From Candidatus Hydrogenedentota bacterium (GTDB lineage: Bacteria; Hydrogenedentota; Hydrogenedentia; Hydrogenedentales; SLHB01), in contig CAXXYE010000001.1 of assembly GCA_963674865.2 (NCBI GenBank), positions 192,001 through 256,000 of the forward strand: a DNA stretch of 64,000 nt, written 5' to 3'. Each line of letters begins with the position of its first letter. The first letter of the stretch is position 1. The notes beneath the pieces are model-generated. The model was not told where the DNA came from, did no database searches, and was given only the letters and a program-made list of their open reading frames with translations. Shown here piece by piece: positions 49,710 to 58,623 of this stretch. The position numbers and the translations under genes are program-made.

Positions 49710-51197
49710 ATGGCCGATATCTGGGACATCACGCGGTACGTCGAGAGCAATCCCGACGACTACAAGCAGCGCTGGCGTCTGGCCAAGAAGCTCTACATGA
49801 ACTCCGAGTACCGGCTTGCACTCGAACATCTTCAAGTGCTTAAGAAGGACTGGGAGCCTAAGGTAAACGTTATCCGGTACTTGGGGGCGACGCTGCACCG
49901 GCTGGGAAGATACGAGGAAGCTGCCGCGGAACTCCAGGACGCCGTTGATAGGTGGTCCGACGAGTTGCCGTTGTGGGAACAGCTTGCCAAGGTGCTTGAG
50001 GCCGCCGGACGTCTCAAAGAGGCCGCATTGACCTGGGAAGACATCGCCGAGCGGTTTCCAGAGCATCCCAGAGCAGCGAAGGCCATGAAGCGTCTGTGGC
50101 TCGATTCGGGTGGGCATGTTCCTCAGACCGCGGTGGTCCTCGGGGACAGCGACGAAGGCCCGGGAGCGCAACCTGAGGTGACTTGCCCACGTTGCGGGGC
50201 TCGAAACGGGGACGAGATTGGCCGCTGCTGGCGTTGTCATGCAATGCTGGTTGAGCCGACGCCGGCTGCGGAGGCCCCTGTCTCCGCCTTCACCCTGCGG
50301 CCGCCGGAGTTGACGCCCGTTCTGTGGTTGCTCTTCGGCGGTTTGGCGGCCGTGATGTTACTGAGCGCCGGCGTTTATCTGTCGGTTCTTGCGCTCTCGA
50401 CCGCAACGGAGCCCGGTCTTCCTCTTACGGTGCAGGGACTACTCCGCCGCGACCTCGCCCTCAGGAGGGTCATGATCGGCCTTGTATTGGTAGTCGCCTG
50501 GCCCGTGATCCTTCGCGGCGTCATTGCCGCCTTACGCGTTGAGCGATCTGACGCGAGCACGGTGGTAGGCATTTTCGGCATTCTCTTGGCCGGCGCGACT
50601 CACGTGGCCTCCTTTCTGCCGAAGTCCGCGCTACTTGTCACGGTGCTTGTGGCGGCCATAGGGCCCCTTGCACTGTTACTGAGCTTCTTTCGCCATGATC
50701 CTCTAAGGGCGCTCAAGGCTTGGGCGGTCCAGGGACTGTTTATGGGGGTGGTGGGGATGGTTTCTCTTGCGGCATTTATCGGGGTCGGGGCGTTGACGCA
50801 GTTTTCCCAGATACGGGCGTATGCGGCCGGCCACGATGCGGCGAAAGAGCCGGGCAAAACCTTCGTTGTGGAGCATGAGACGCCGTTTCTTGTCGACATC
50901 GAGTGGAAGACAACTCGCTCAAACTGGCTTGACGCGCGTGCGGGCGAGGTCGCGTTCCTGATAAGCGCTCCGGCCGGGGCCGAGCTGGGTTTTGAGGTGG
51001 CTTTCGGGCCTGCCGGGTCGGAAGCACAACCGGCTGAGATGGTTACTTCCGGTGGCTCCACGGGAACCTACGTTGTCGAGCCGGGCGCACGCTATACCTT
51101 GCGCGTCGATACTCTTCGCTCCGGGGCGTCCGCCGTTGTAACGGCGCTTGGGGTCCTCGAACCGGTTATGGTGGCCGAGCCGCGACCTGCCGAATAG
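49710..51197 (+). CDS. TPR + zinc ribbon + multi-TM protein
   Basis: N-terminal TPRs, CPRCGARNGDEIGRCWRC, about five TM helices, C-terminal beta domain. Confidence 0.82.
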   Translation: MADIWDITRYVESNPDDYKQRWRLAKKLYMNSEYRLALEHLQVLKKDWEPKVNVIRYLGATLHRLGRYEEAAAELQDAVDRWSDELPLWEQLAKVLEAAGRLKEAALTWEDIAERFPEHPRAAKAMKRLWLDSGGHVPQTAVVLGDSDEGPGAQPEVTCPRCGARNGDEIGRCWRCHAMLVEPTPAAEAPVSAFTLRPPELTPVLWLLFGGLAAVMLLSAGVYLSVLALSTATEPGLPLTVQGLLRRDLALRRVMIGLVLVVAWPVILRGVIAALRVERSDASTVVGIFGILLAGATHVASFLPKSALLVTVLVAAIGPLALLLSFFRHDPLRALKAWAVQGLFMGVVGMVSLAAFIGVGALTQFSQIRAYAAGHDAAKEPGKTFVVEHETPFLVDIEWKTTRSNWLDARAGEVAFLISAPAGAELGFEVAFGPAGSEAQPAEMVTSGGSTGTYVVEPGARYTLRVDTLRSGASAVVTALGVLEPVMVAEPRPAE

Positions 51198-51249
51198 GAG
51201 TCCGGCCGGCGCGGAGTCTCTCTAGTCGCGTCCCTGGGCCGGAGTTCCG

Positions 51250-53010
51250 CTAAGGGGCCAGCCACCGAGCGGCCCGCTGTTGCATCTGGGGCCGCTCATG
51301 GATGGGCGCAACTTCGATCAGGCCCCGCCACGCCTCCTCGTTGTAGGGCCAACGCAGTAGGCATTCTTCGAACCATTTCCGTGCAGCCGTTTCATCTCCC
51401 TGCGCCGCGGTTGCCAATCCAAGGCCCAGGTAGACCTCTCCTGTATCGAGGCCGCGAAGCGCCTCTTGGAACTGGTGTTCGGCCTCCTCATTTCGCCCAG
51501 CCACTAATAGGGCCATGCCGCATTCGTGATGGACGTAGGCGTGCGGCCAGCGATGCGCCAAGGCGCGCTCGTAGAGCGGCAGGGGATCGCCGCCTGCCAG
51601 GTGAACTGATTCGGCGGCGCGGAGGTGGAAACTTGGGAGCAAGACGGCCCAGGCTGAGAAGAACGCCACCAACAAGGTGCACGCCGGCAATCCGTACGCG
51701 GCGGCGCGCGGCCGGCGCGCGCCCTGCGCGGCCTCTTGTTCTTGTCCGGATTTACGTCGGGCGAGCAACGCCCCCGCGAATAGCGCCCCGTTGAGGGCGT
51801 GGGGCGCGCTATGAAACGGTGCATTGAACAGGGAGAATACGAACAGTGCGGCGAGCGGCCCCCACTCGGGCCCGCGGCAGCGCGCCAAGCGCAGGAGCAT
51901 CCAGAGCAAGAGGGCGGCTCCCACGGCGCCGGTTTCGGCCAGAAGTTCGAGTGGCGCGGCGTGGGCGTGAACGGCGTGCAGCTCGTTGTGGTAATGGCTG
52001 CCTCCCTCTTGTGCGTGGAGTGCCTCGCCGAGGTAGCGCGGACTCCAGTATGCGTAGTTGCCAAGCCCGTGCCCGAGAAGCGGCTTGTCGCAAATCATGC
52101 GGACGGTGCCGTCCCAAAACCACAGCCTGGCGCGGACGCCTTGATCTTCCGCCGACAGCGCTCGTGCTATCCGCGCTACCGTGGCCTCTGGGGCCGTGGC
52201 CGCCGCGATGATTCCCACGACGGCCAGTGTGCCCATCCAAACTCCCAGCCGCCTGAAGCGCAGGTGGCGGTAAGGAAAGGTCAGTGCGACACCGCATGCG
52301 GCCGCCAGCCATGCCGAGCGCGAGCCGGAGATCAGCAGGGCCGCGGCTACGGCGGCCAGTCCGGCCAATGATGCGAGAGGCGGTTGGGGGCTTTTCAAGA
52401 TGCGCCATGTAAAAAGGGGGAGCGCCATCGCCAGATAGCCGCCAAGCAGGTCCTGGTTGCCGAACACCGAGTACGCCCGCTGGTCATACCAAGCGAACTT
52501 GGGAAACAGGAAAGGCAAGAAGTTCCCGTACTGTCCCAGAGCCAGCAAAGAGCAGATGGCAGCCGACACAAGGAATGCGTTGGCAACGCGTTGCCTCCAC
52601 GGGGGATCTCCAAGGAGGTCGTACGCGAAGGCGGCCATGAGCAGGAGCATCGCAAGCCTGGCGACTTCCACGGCGAGGTCGGCTCTCACCGCAGCCGGCC
52701 ATAGCAAGCCGTGGCCGATGAGCTCGTATCCCAGGAGGAGCCACAGCGGCAGGAAAGCGGTGACTCCCCGCCAGGTGAACCGTCCTTGCACCGCGACAAG
52801 AGCGGCAACCGCGCACAGGCACGCCGCGAGCGCGGCCTCTTTGGCGATCAGAAACGATGTCAACCGGAAAGAGTAGGCCACGGCCGAGAGAAGGATGGCA
52901 ACGCAGATGGCATAGCCGCGCCACGTGTCGAGCCGGCCCGGCGCGGCCGCGTCGGCTATGTTCTCGCTCCAGGGCTGTGCGGGGCGGACTGCGTCCTGCG
53001 CTGGGCTCAT
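51250..53010 (-). CDS. O-antigen ligase / oligosaccharyltransferase-like protein with C-terminal TPR
   Basis: SVFGNQDLLGGYL, SGSRSAW, RLWFW, PLLGHGLGNY, HAH...AETGAVG. Confidence 0.87.
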   Translation of the reverse strand: MSPAQDAVRPAQPWSENIADAAAPGRLDTWRGYAICVAILLSAVAYSFRLTSFLIAKEAALAACLCAVAALVAVQGRFTWRGVTAFLPLWLLLGYELIGHGLLWPAAVRADLAVEVARLAMLLLMAAFAYDLLGDPPWRQRVANAFLVSAAICSLLALGQYGNFLPFLFPKFAWYDQRAYSVFGNQDLLGGYLAMALPLFTWRILKSPQPPLASLAGLAAVAAALLISGSRSAWLAAACGVALTFPYRHLRFRRLGVWMGTLAVVGIIAAATAPEATVARIARALSAEDQGVRARLWFWDGTVRMICDKPLLGHGLGNYAYWSPRYLGEALHAQEGGSHYHNELHAVHAHAAPLELLAETGAVGAALLLWMLLRLARCRGPEWGPLAALFVFSLFNAPFHSAPHALNGALFAGALLARRKSGQEQEAAQGARRPRAAAYGLPACTLLVAFFSAWAVLLPSFHLRAAESVHLAGGDPLPLYERALAHRWPHAYVHHECGMALLVAGRNEEAEHQFQEALRGLDTGEVYLGLGLATAAQGDETAARKWFEECLLRWPYNEEAWRGLIEVAPIHERPQMQQRAARWLAP

Positions 53011-54362
53011 GATGCCTCCGCCAGCCGCTGCCGAAATAGGCCTGACAACGGATCGCCCGATGCTATCATGGCCTCAAGCATGGCGTGCCGCATCGCTTGT
53101 GCCTTTTCCCCGTATGCGGGGGTGTCGATCAGGTTGTGCACCGCACTGGGATCGGCCTCGAAATCGTACAATTCTTCCGGCGTTCTGTAAAGGAACAAGT
53201 CGACCCGGCCGGCGATGTCGGGGTCGTTCTTGGCGGCTCGCCCCATGGCAGCCATGGTTAGGCCCGACTGCGACTCGTTGATGAAGGCCGTCTTACCGTC
53301 AGGCCATGCGTTGAAAATGTAGCCAAAGCGGCGATCCTGGATACACCGCATGGGATACGAGCGCTTGGCCGCGGTTGTATTGAACACGGTGAACACCGAT
53401 TGGCGCTTGGCCTGCGTCTCGCCTTGAAGCAACGGCAAAAACGAGCGGCCGTCCAGTCCCTCGATGGCCGACAGGCCCAGCGCGTCAAGGATGGTGGGTG
53501 CGTAATCGATACCGGAGATGAAATGGGCCTTGTCCACTGTGCCGGGGCGCGTCTTGCCCGGCCAGCGGATGATCCACGGGGTGCGTGTGCTGGTGAGGTA
53601 GCAGTTCGTCTTGGCGAAGGGGAAGGCCATCCCATTGTCGCTCAAGAACATGACGAGGGTGTTGTCCGCGAGGCCGCTCTCCTCGAGCGCCCGGACCACC
53701 GCGCCCACGGTATCATCGCAGCGACGAACCGATGTGTAATACTGCGCGATCTCGCGTCGCACATCGGGCAGGTCGGGCAGGAAACCGGGGATTGGGACCT
53801 CCTCCGGGGCGTAGGTGTGGCTCACGGGGAAATGCGTCTCGAATTTGCGGAGCTCGTCATCGCTCCCCGCGAACGGCCGGTGCGGATCGTGGGAGTTGGC
53901 CATGAGGAAGAACGGCCTCCCTGACGCTCGGGCCTGCTCGATGAACGCCTTTGTCTCCTCGTAGTACCGGGCGGGCGCTCGGCCCTCGAGCAGCTCCTCG
54001 CGATGTACGGCCGTGTCCCAGCAGAACCTGTGGATGGGGGCGAGGTGTTCCGTCTTGCCGAGGATGCCGTTGAGATAGCCCGCGGCGGCCAGATGCTCTT
54101 GTAGGGTGGGCACGTCCTCGCTGATGGGGTCGAATCCCAGCGCTCCGTTGTTGTGCGGATACCTGCCCGTCATCAGGCACTGGCGTGAGGGCTGGCAAAC
54201 CGCGATGGTGACGTGGGCATGGACGAATCGCACCCCTTCGGACGCAAGTCGGTCGATGTGCGGTGTCACGCCCGGAACCGGGGAACCCGTCGCGCCCGGT
54301 GCGTCGTAGTTCATATCATCGGCGGTTATCAGCAGGACATTTGGGCGTGGCGTGCTCAACAT
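53007..54362 (-). CDS. Cys-type sulfatase (sulfamidase-like)
   Basis: PNVLLITADD, CQPSR...TGRYPH, DPHRPF, SDNG; start reassigned to ATG 54362. Confidence 0.92.
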   Translation of the reverse strand: MLSTPRPNVLLITADDMNYDAPGATGSPVPGVTPHIDRLASEGVRFVHAHVTIAVCQPSRQCLMTGRYPHNNGALGFDPISEDVPTLQEHLAAAGYLNGILGKTEHLAPIHRFCWDTAVHREELLEGRAPARYYEETKAFIEQARASGRPFFLMANSHDPHRPFAGSDDELRKFETHFPVSHTYAPEEVPIPGFLPDLPDVRREIAQYYTSVRRCDDTVGAVVRALEESGLADNTLVMFLSDNGMAFPFAKTNCYLTSTRTPWIIRWPGKTRPGTVDKAHFISGIDYAPTILDALGLSAIEGLDGRSFLPLLQGETQAKRQSVFTVFNTTAAKRSYPMRCIQDRRFGYIFNAWPDGKTAFINESQSGLTMAAMGRAAKNDPDIAGRVDLFLYRTPEELYDFEADPSAVHNLIDTPAYGEKAQAMRHAMLEAMIASGDPLSGLFRQRLAEAS

Positions 54363-54614
54363 AGCATCTCCGTCACGGCGTCGCTGTTTCAGGCGTTGAG
54401 GAACCAGCCTCCGAGAGGGCCTCCTTAACTTCGGAAACCGCTCCGCCTGGCCGAGGGCGATTATAGCAGCCCGGTGCGTGATATCGCGCTGTGCCGGCGC
54501 GAAGCACGCAGGCACGATGGCTTCCCTATGCTATCATCGCGGGGCGATGTAAAGGGCGAGGCGCTTACCAAATCGTCGGGCCTGGGCACGTTTCCGGGCA
54601 GTCTGGGAGGACGC

Positions 54615-55256
54615 ATGAGGGAGACAGAGCGACTCTCGGGGATGTCTGGTGGCCCGGAATGCCAAGGCATCACGGCTGCCGGGCGCCTCATGCTTGAGCA
54701 TGATCCTGAGCCTGAGCACGCCACGCAGGTGTGCAGAATCGCCCTTGAGTTGTTCGACGGGGCGCTCCGGCTTCACGGGCTGGCGTCTGAGCACCGGCGC
54801 CTTCTGACAGCCGCGGCCCTGTTGCACGACACCGGCTACTCCGTGGATCCTATGCGCCATCACAAAGGGTCCAGGGATATCATCCTCGCGAGCATTCTCC
54901 CCGGTTTCGCGAAGCAGGAACAGGCCATTATCGCCTGTGTTGCCCGCTACCACCGCAAGGCGCATCCGAAAGAGTCGCACAAGGTGTTCTGCGACCTGCC
55001 CCGCGGCCTGCAGGAGGTCGTACGGCGGCTGGCGGCGATTCTCCGTGTGGCGGACGGGCTGGACCGCTCGCATTGTGCGAGCGTATGCGCGGTGCGCGTC
55101 AGAACGACGAAGACTGAAATCCGCTTGCACGTTGGACAACGTCGCCCAAACGCAATGGATATCAACGGGGCCATGAAGAAGCGCCGGTTATTCGAGGAGG
55201 TCTTTGGCCGGCCTCTAGATATCGTCCCGGAGGTCCTGGGGGGCGGGGATGAGTGA
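54615..55256 (+). CDS. Stand-alone HD domain resembling the C-terminal domain of Ppx/GppA
   Basis: EHATQV, AALLHDTG, RHHK, ARYHRK, LRVADGLDRSH; no ASKHA domain; GGAGG RBS. Confidence 0.85.
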   Translation: MRETERLSGMSGGPECQGITAAGRLMLEHDPEPEHATQVCRIALELFDGALRLHGLASEHRRLLTAAALLHDTGYSVDPMRHHKGSRDIILASILPGFAKQEQAIIACVARYHRKAHPKESHKVFCDLPRGLQEVVRRLAAILRVADGLDRSHCASVCAVRVRTTKTEIRLHVGQRRPNAMDINGAMKKRRLFEEVFGRPLDIVPEVLGGGDE

Positions 55257-55284
55257 ACAACTCCTACGCGCGCTATCATGCTGC

Positions 55285-55315
55285 TTGACAGATTTGTGAA
55301 TAGGCATGTTATGAT
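55285..55315 (+). promoter_or_regulatory. Candidate sigma70 promoter of the TMK-like/CHAD genes
   Basis: TTGACA-N19-TATGAT with extended TG. Confidence 0.45.
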
Positions 55316-55388
55316 CCTTTCTCGGCGCATAATTGTTGATTCGTAGAATTCATCCCCGCAATGGGCTGAAAGGCGGGAGCAAGAACTG

Positions 55389-56084
55389 ATGGCCGGTCTT
55401 CACAATTCTCACGACTACCCCGGCATGCTCATCGTTGTGGAAGGGGTCGACGGATCCGGCAAGAGCACCCAACTCGACCTCATGCGTTCCTGGCTCATGC
55501 AGGAGGGGTACGACGTGTTCTTCACCGAGTGGAACTCGTCGAAACTGGTGAAACGCACCACCAAACTTGGCAAGAAACGCCAGATCCTGACTCCCACCAC
55601 CTTCTCTCTTATTCATTGCACGGATTTCTCTGATCGGCTGGAGCGCAGCATTGTGCCGCCGCTCCAGGCGGGCATGATCGTGCTGGCCGACCGCTACGTC
55701 TACACCGCCTTCGCGCGGGATGTTGTACGTGGCGTGGATCGCGACTGGGTCCGCGACCTTTACAGTTTCGCCGTGAAGCCGGATATAGGCTTTTATTTCT
55801 CGGTGCCGCTTGAGGAGGCCATGCAGCGCATCTTCCGCGGGCGGCCGACGCTGAAGTTCTATGAGGCGGGGATGGACCTCAACATGAGCCGCGATCCCGC
55901 GGAGAGCTTCATCAAGTTCCAGAAGATGATTATTGAGGAGTATCAGCGCCTTGTAGAAGAATATGGCCTTGTCGTCGTGCATGGCGACCATCCGATCGAA
56001 AGGCAGCAGCGGCGGATCCGGCGGATTGTGCGAGAGCGGATTGAGGCTAAGGGGATGCGGCCCACGGGGAGTAAGAAGCGATGA
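55389..56084 (+). CDS. Thymidylate kinase-like P-loop kinase, paralog 1
   Basis: EGVDGSGKST, ADRY, KPD, FYEAGMDL. Confidence 0.9.
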   Translation: MAGLHNSHDYPGMLIVVEGVDGSGKSTQLDLMRSWLMQEGYDVFFTEWNSSKLVKRTTKLGKKRQILTPTTFSLIHCTDFSDRLERSIVPPLQAGMIVLADRYVYTAFARDVVRGVDRDWVRDLYSFAVKPDIGFYFSVPLEEAMQRIFRGRPTLKFYEAGMDLNMSRDPAESFIKFQKMIIEEYQRLVEEYGLVVVHGDHPIERQQRRIRRIVRERIEAKGMRPTGSKKR

Positions 56085-56824
56085 AAGCCACCTTCTTCGG
56101 TGCCGGTATTCCCAGCCTCGTAGACACCGACTTGCGGGGCAAGCTCATCGTCCTTGAGGGGCCGGATTGCGTTGGCCGAAGCACACAGACGAGGCTGCTC
56201 CAGGGCTGGTTGGAGCGCATGGGCTATGGCGTTGCCACCACGTCTTTGTGCCGTTCCGAGTTGGCGGAGCCGGGACTTCAGCGGGCCAAGCGGGGCACCC
56301 AGATTCGCCGTCGAACGTTGGCCTTGTTCTATGCGACGGATTTGGCGGACAGGCTCGAGCGTCAGATTCTCCCTGCACTGCAAAGCGGGTTTGTTGTCCT
56401 TTCGGACCGCTACGTTTACACAATTTTCGCCCGCTACGCCGTGCGCGGCGTGGATCCCGACTGGCTGCGAAAAGCGTACGGCTTTGCCCTTGCGCCTCAT
56501 CTCACGCTCTATCTTGACCTCAACCTGGAGGCTTTGGCCGAACGTGCGTTGAAGGCCGAGAAGCTGGGATTCTGGGAATGCGGGATGGACCTCAACCTTG
56601 GCGACAACCTGTACGACAGCTTCATTGCTTATCAGAAGCGGATGCTGCGGCAGTTCTCGAAGATGGTTAAGGAGTTTGACTTAGCGCGTGTGAGCGCCCA
56701 GGGGTCGATCCAAACGGTGCAGCGGCGTTTGCGGCGGAAGGTTAACGCCTTACTCGATCTCAAGGAGACCGAAATCGACAATGGCAGTCCGTTAGGGCCT
56801 ACGATCGAAGGAATGGAGGACTGA
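56081..56824 (+). CDS. Thymidylate kinase-like P-loop protein, paralog 2 (Walker A K to R)
   Basis: EGPDCVGRST, SDRY, FWECGMDL; ATGA overlap with paralog 1. Confidence 0.88.
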   Translation: MKATFFGAGIPSLVDTDLRGKLIVLEGPDCVGRSTQTRLLQGWLERMGYGVATTSLCRSELAEPGLQRAKRGTQIRRRTLALFYATDLADRLERQILPALQSGFVVLSDRYVYTIFARYAVRGVDPDWLRKAYGFALAPHLTLYLDLNLEALAERALKAEKLGFWECGMDLNLGDNLYDSFIAYQKRMLRQFSKMVKEFDLARVSAQGSIQTVQRRLRRKVNALLDLKETEIDNGSPLGPTIEGMED

Positions 56825-56841
56825 ACGCGAGGGGGGCAGCG

Positions 56842-57759
56842 TTGGGCAAGAAGTGCAACTTGGCTCGAGAAGAGGCCCGGAACCTGCTTAAGTCACAGGT
56901 ACGGACGCTTCGATGCCAGGTCGCGCCTGTCCGCCGGGGGAGTCCTGAGGGCATTCATGACATGCGCGTGGCCTCGCGCCGTCTAAGGGCGGGGTTGGCC
57001 GAGCACGGCCCGATGTTCGACAAGGAACGCTGCAAGCGCTTCCGCAAACACGTACGCCGAGTGACCCGCAAGCTTGGGAAGGCCCGCGAACTCGACGTCA
57101 GCATCGCCCTTGCCTTGGAATACCGTGAGAGCCTACACGGCCCGATGCGCTTCGCTCTCAATCACGTGCTGCGGCGGCTGCGAAAGGCGCGACAATCTGA
57201 AGCGGACAGCATCCGCGCTGCGCTGGCGGCCGTGGAAAGCCGGGATTTCGGCAGGGACCTCTTGCCCCTTTTCGAGAGTGTAGCATCGCCTAGCCGATGC
57301 TACGTCGCCATAGCCTCCCGGGGCCTGGACAAGCGCTTAAGGGCCCTTGTGGCGGCTCATCGGGAATGGGTGAAGTCGCGTTCGGACGCCGACCTGCACG
57401 TCCTCCGCATCCGCCTCAAGAAGCTGCGCTACGCCTGTGAAATCTATCAGCCTCTCTACGGTCCAGACATGGAGGACGTAATCCTGCGTGCCAAGACGAG
57501 CCAGGAAGTGCTCGGCAAATGGAATGATTGGCGCACGCTTTTCGCTTACGCCCGTAATTCGGCCGCGAAGGCGCCGCCGAAGGCACGTGAGGGAATGCCC
57601 AGCCTTTGTAGAGTTCTCGAGCGGGAGGTGGCCGCGTCGCTGGCAGCCGTTGAGCCCGTGGTTTGCCGGCTTCTATCCGTGTCCGCGCGCCGGCGAGCGG
57701 CGCTCCTGTTGCGCAGTCCCGAGAGAACCTGTCAGTACTGCCAAGGGTCTCGAAACTGA
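56842..57759 (+). CDS. CHAD domain protein
   Basis: EGIHDMRVASRRLR, LGKARELDV, LHVLRIRLKKLRYACE, QEVLGKWND. Confidence 0.9.
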   Translation: MGKKCNLAREEARNLLKSQVRTLRCQVAPVRRGSPEGIHDMRVASRRLRAGLAEHGPMFDKERCKRFRKHVRRVTRKLGKARELDVSIALALEYRESLHGPMRFALNHVLRRLRKARQSEADSIRAALAAVESRDFGRDLLPLFESVASPSRCYVAIASRGLDKRLRALVAAHREWVKSRSDADLHVLRIRLKKLRYACEIYQPLYGPDMEDVILRAKTSQEVLGKWNDWRTLFAYARNSAAKAPPKAREGMPSLCRVLEREVAASLAAVEPVVCRLLSVSARRRAALLLRSPERTCQYCQGSRN

Positions 57760-57894
57760 CGGGCGCGGACGGGGTCGTCCCGGGAATTCGCGCTTCCATG
57801 GATCTTGTCTCATACTACCCGTCCCATGTAATGCGCTGTGCGAAAAGGACTTAGCAAATAGGTTCTCGCCCTTGTCGCCAAGAAGATTATTTTC

Positions 57895-57923
57895 TTGACA
57901 TGCCTTTGTGATTGTGCTATAAG
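57895..57923 (+). promoter_or_regulatory. Near-consensus sigma70 promoter
   Basis: TTGACA-N17-TATAAG with extended TG. Confidence 0.75.
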
Positions 57924-58087
57924 CTCGCCCGTTTGCCTTGCCCGTGTTCCTCGCCAGGCTCCGCAGTGAGACGCTGCAGGCGACGGATAGGCGGCCGGGT
58001 CTTGCGGTGTTGTGGCAGGAGGTCGGCGAAAAGCGCGGGCGGACAAGTGGTAGCCTACGATATGCAGAAAGGAGGTGAATGTTAGCC

Positions 58088-58222
58088 ATGCAGTGTCCGT
58101 TGTGCAATGAACACATCGAGCCGGATGAACTTGAGTTCGGCGATATCCAAGAGATAGAAGGGGAGTACTGGCATGCGGAGTGCTTCTCCGAGTACTTCGA
58201 AGAGGTCCTCGAAGTAGCCTAG
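58088..58222 (+). CDS. 44-aa acidic zinc-finger microprotein (CxxC-x22-HxxC)
   Basis: Below the ORF-track size cutoff. SD AAAGGAGGTGA at 58068-58078; MQCPLCNEHIEPDELEFGDIQEIEGEYWHAECFSEYFEEVLEVA*; flanked by its own promoter and terminator. Confidence 0.85.
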   Translation: MQCPLCNEHIEPDELEFGDIQEIEGEYWHAECFSEYFEEVLEVA

Positions 58223-58260
58223 CAACCGCCGAAAGGCCGCACATGGTGCGGTCAAGTGTC

Positions 58261-58295
58261 ACCTCGGGCAGTGAGTAAGCTGCCGGGGGTTTTTT
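58261..58295 (+). terminator. Intrinsic terminator after the microprotein
   Basis: ACCTCGGGCAG...CTGCCGGGGGT GC stem followed by a T run. Confidence 0.75.
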
Positions 58296-58623
58296 CATGT
58301 TTTTTGGGGGAACCGAGACTGAATTCAGCGGATAATAGTCTTACCGGTGACTGAGCACGTAACGATGGGTTGCCGCTGTCGCACGATTCAGGCTATACAC
58401 TGTTCGTCATTCGTGATAGAATACGCGCGGCGTGATGTGGCGGGGCCGGATTTACACCTTTTTCCGGCCTTTTTCGGTACATTGGGAGAGAATGTGCCGT
58501 TGCCCCCGGCGGAGGGAGGTATTCCCCCTCAGTATGTCGCGCTTCAGGGCAGTTCAGGATACGTGCATTCCCGTTGGCACGGGACTATGGTTGACGGATA
58601 ACAAGGAGACCAAGGGCGGAATC

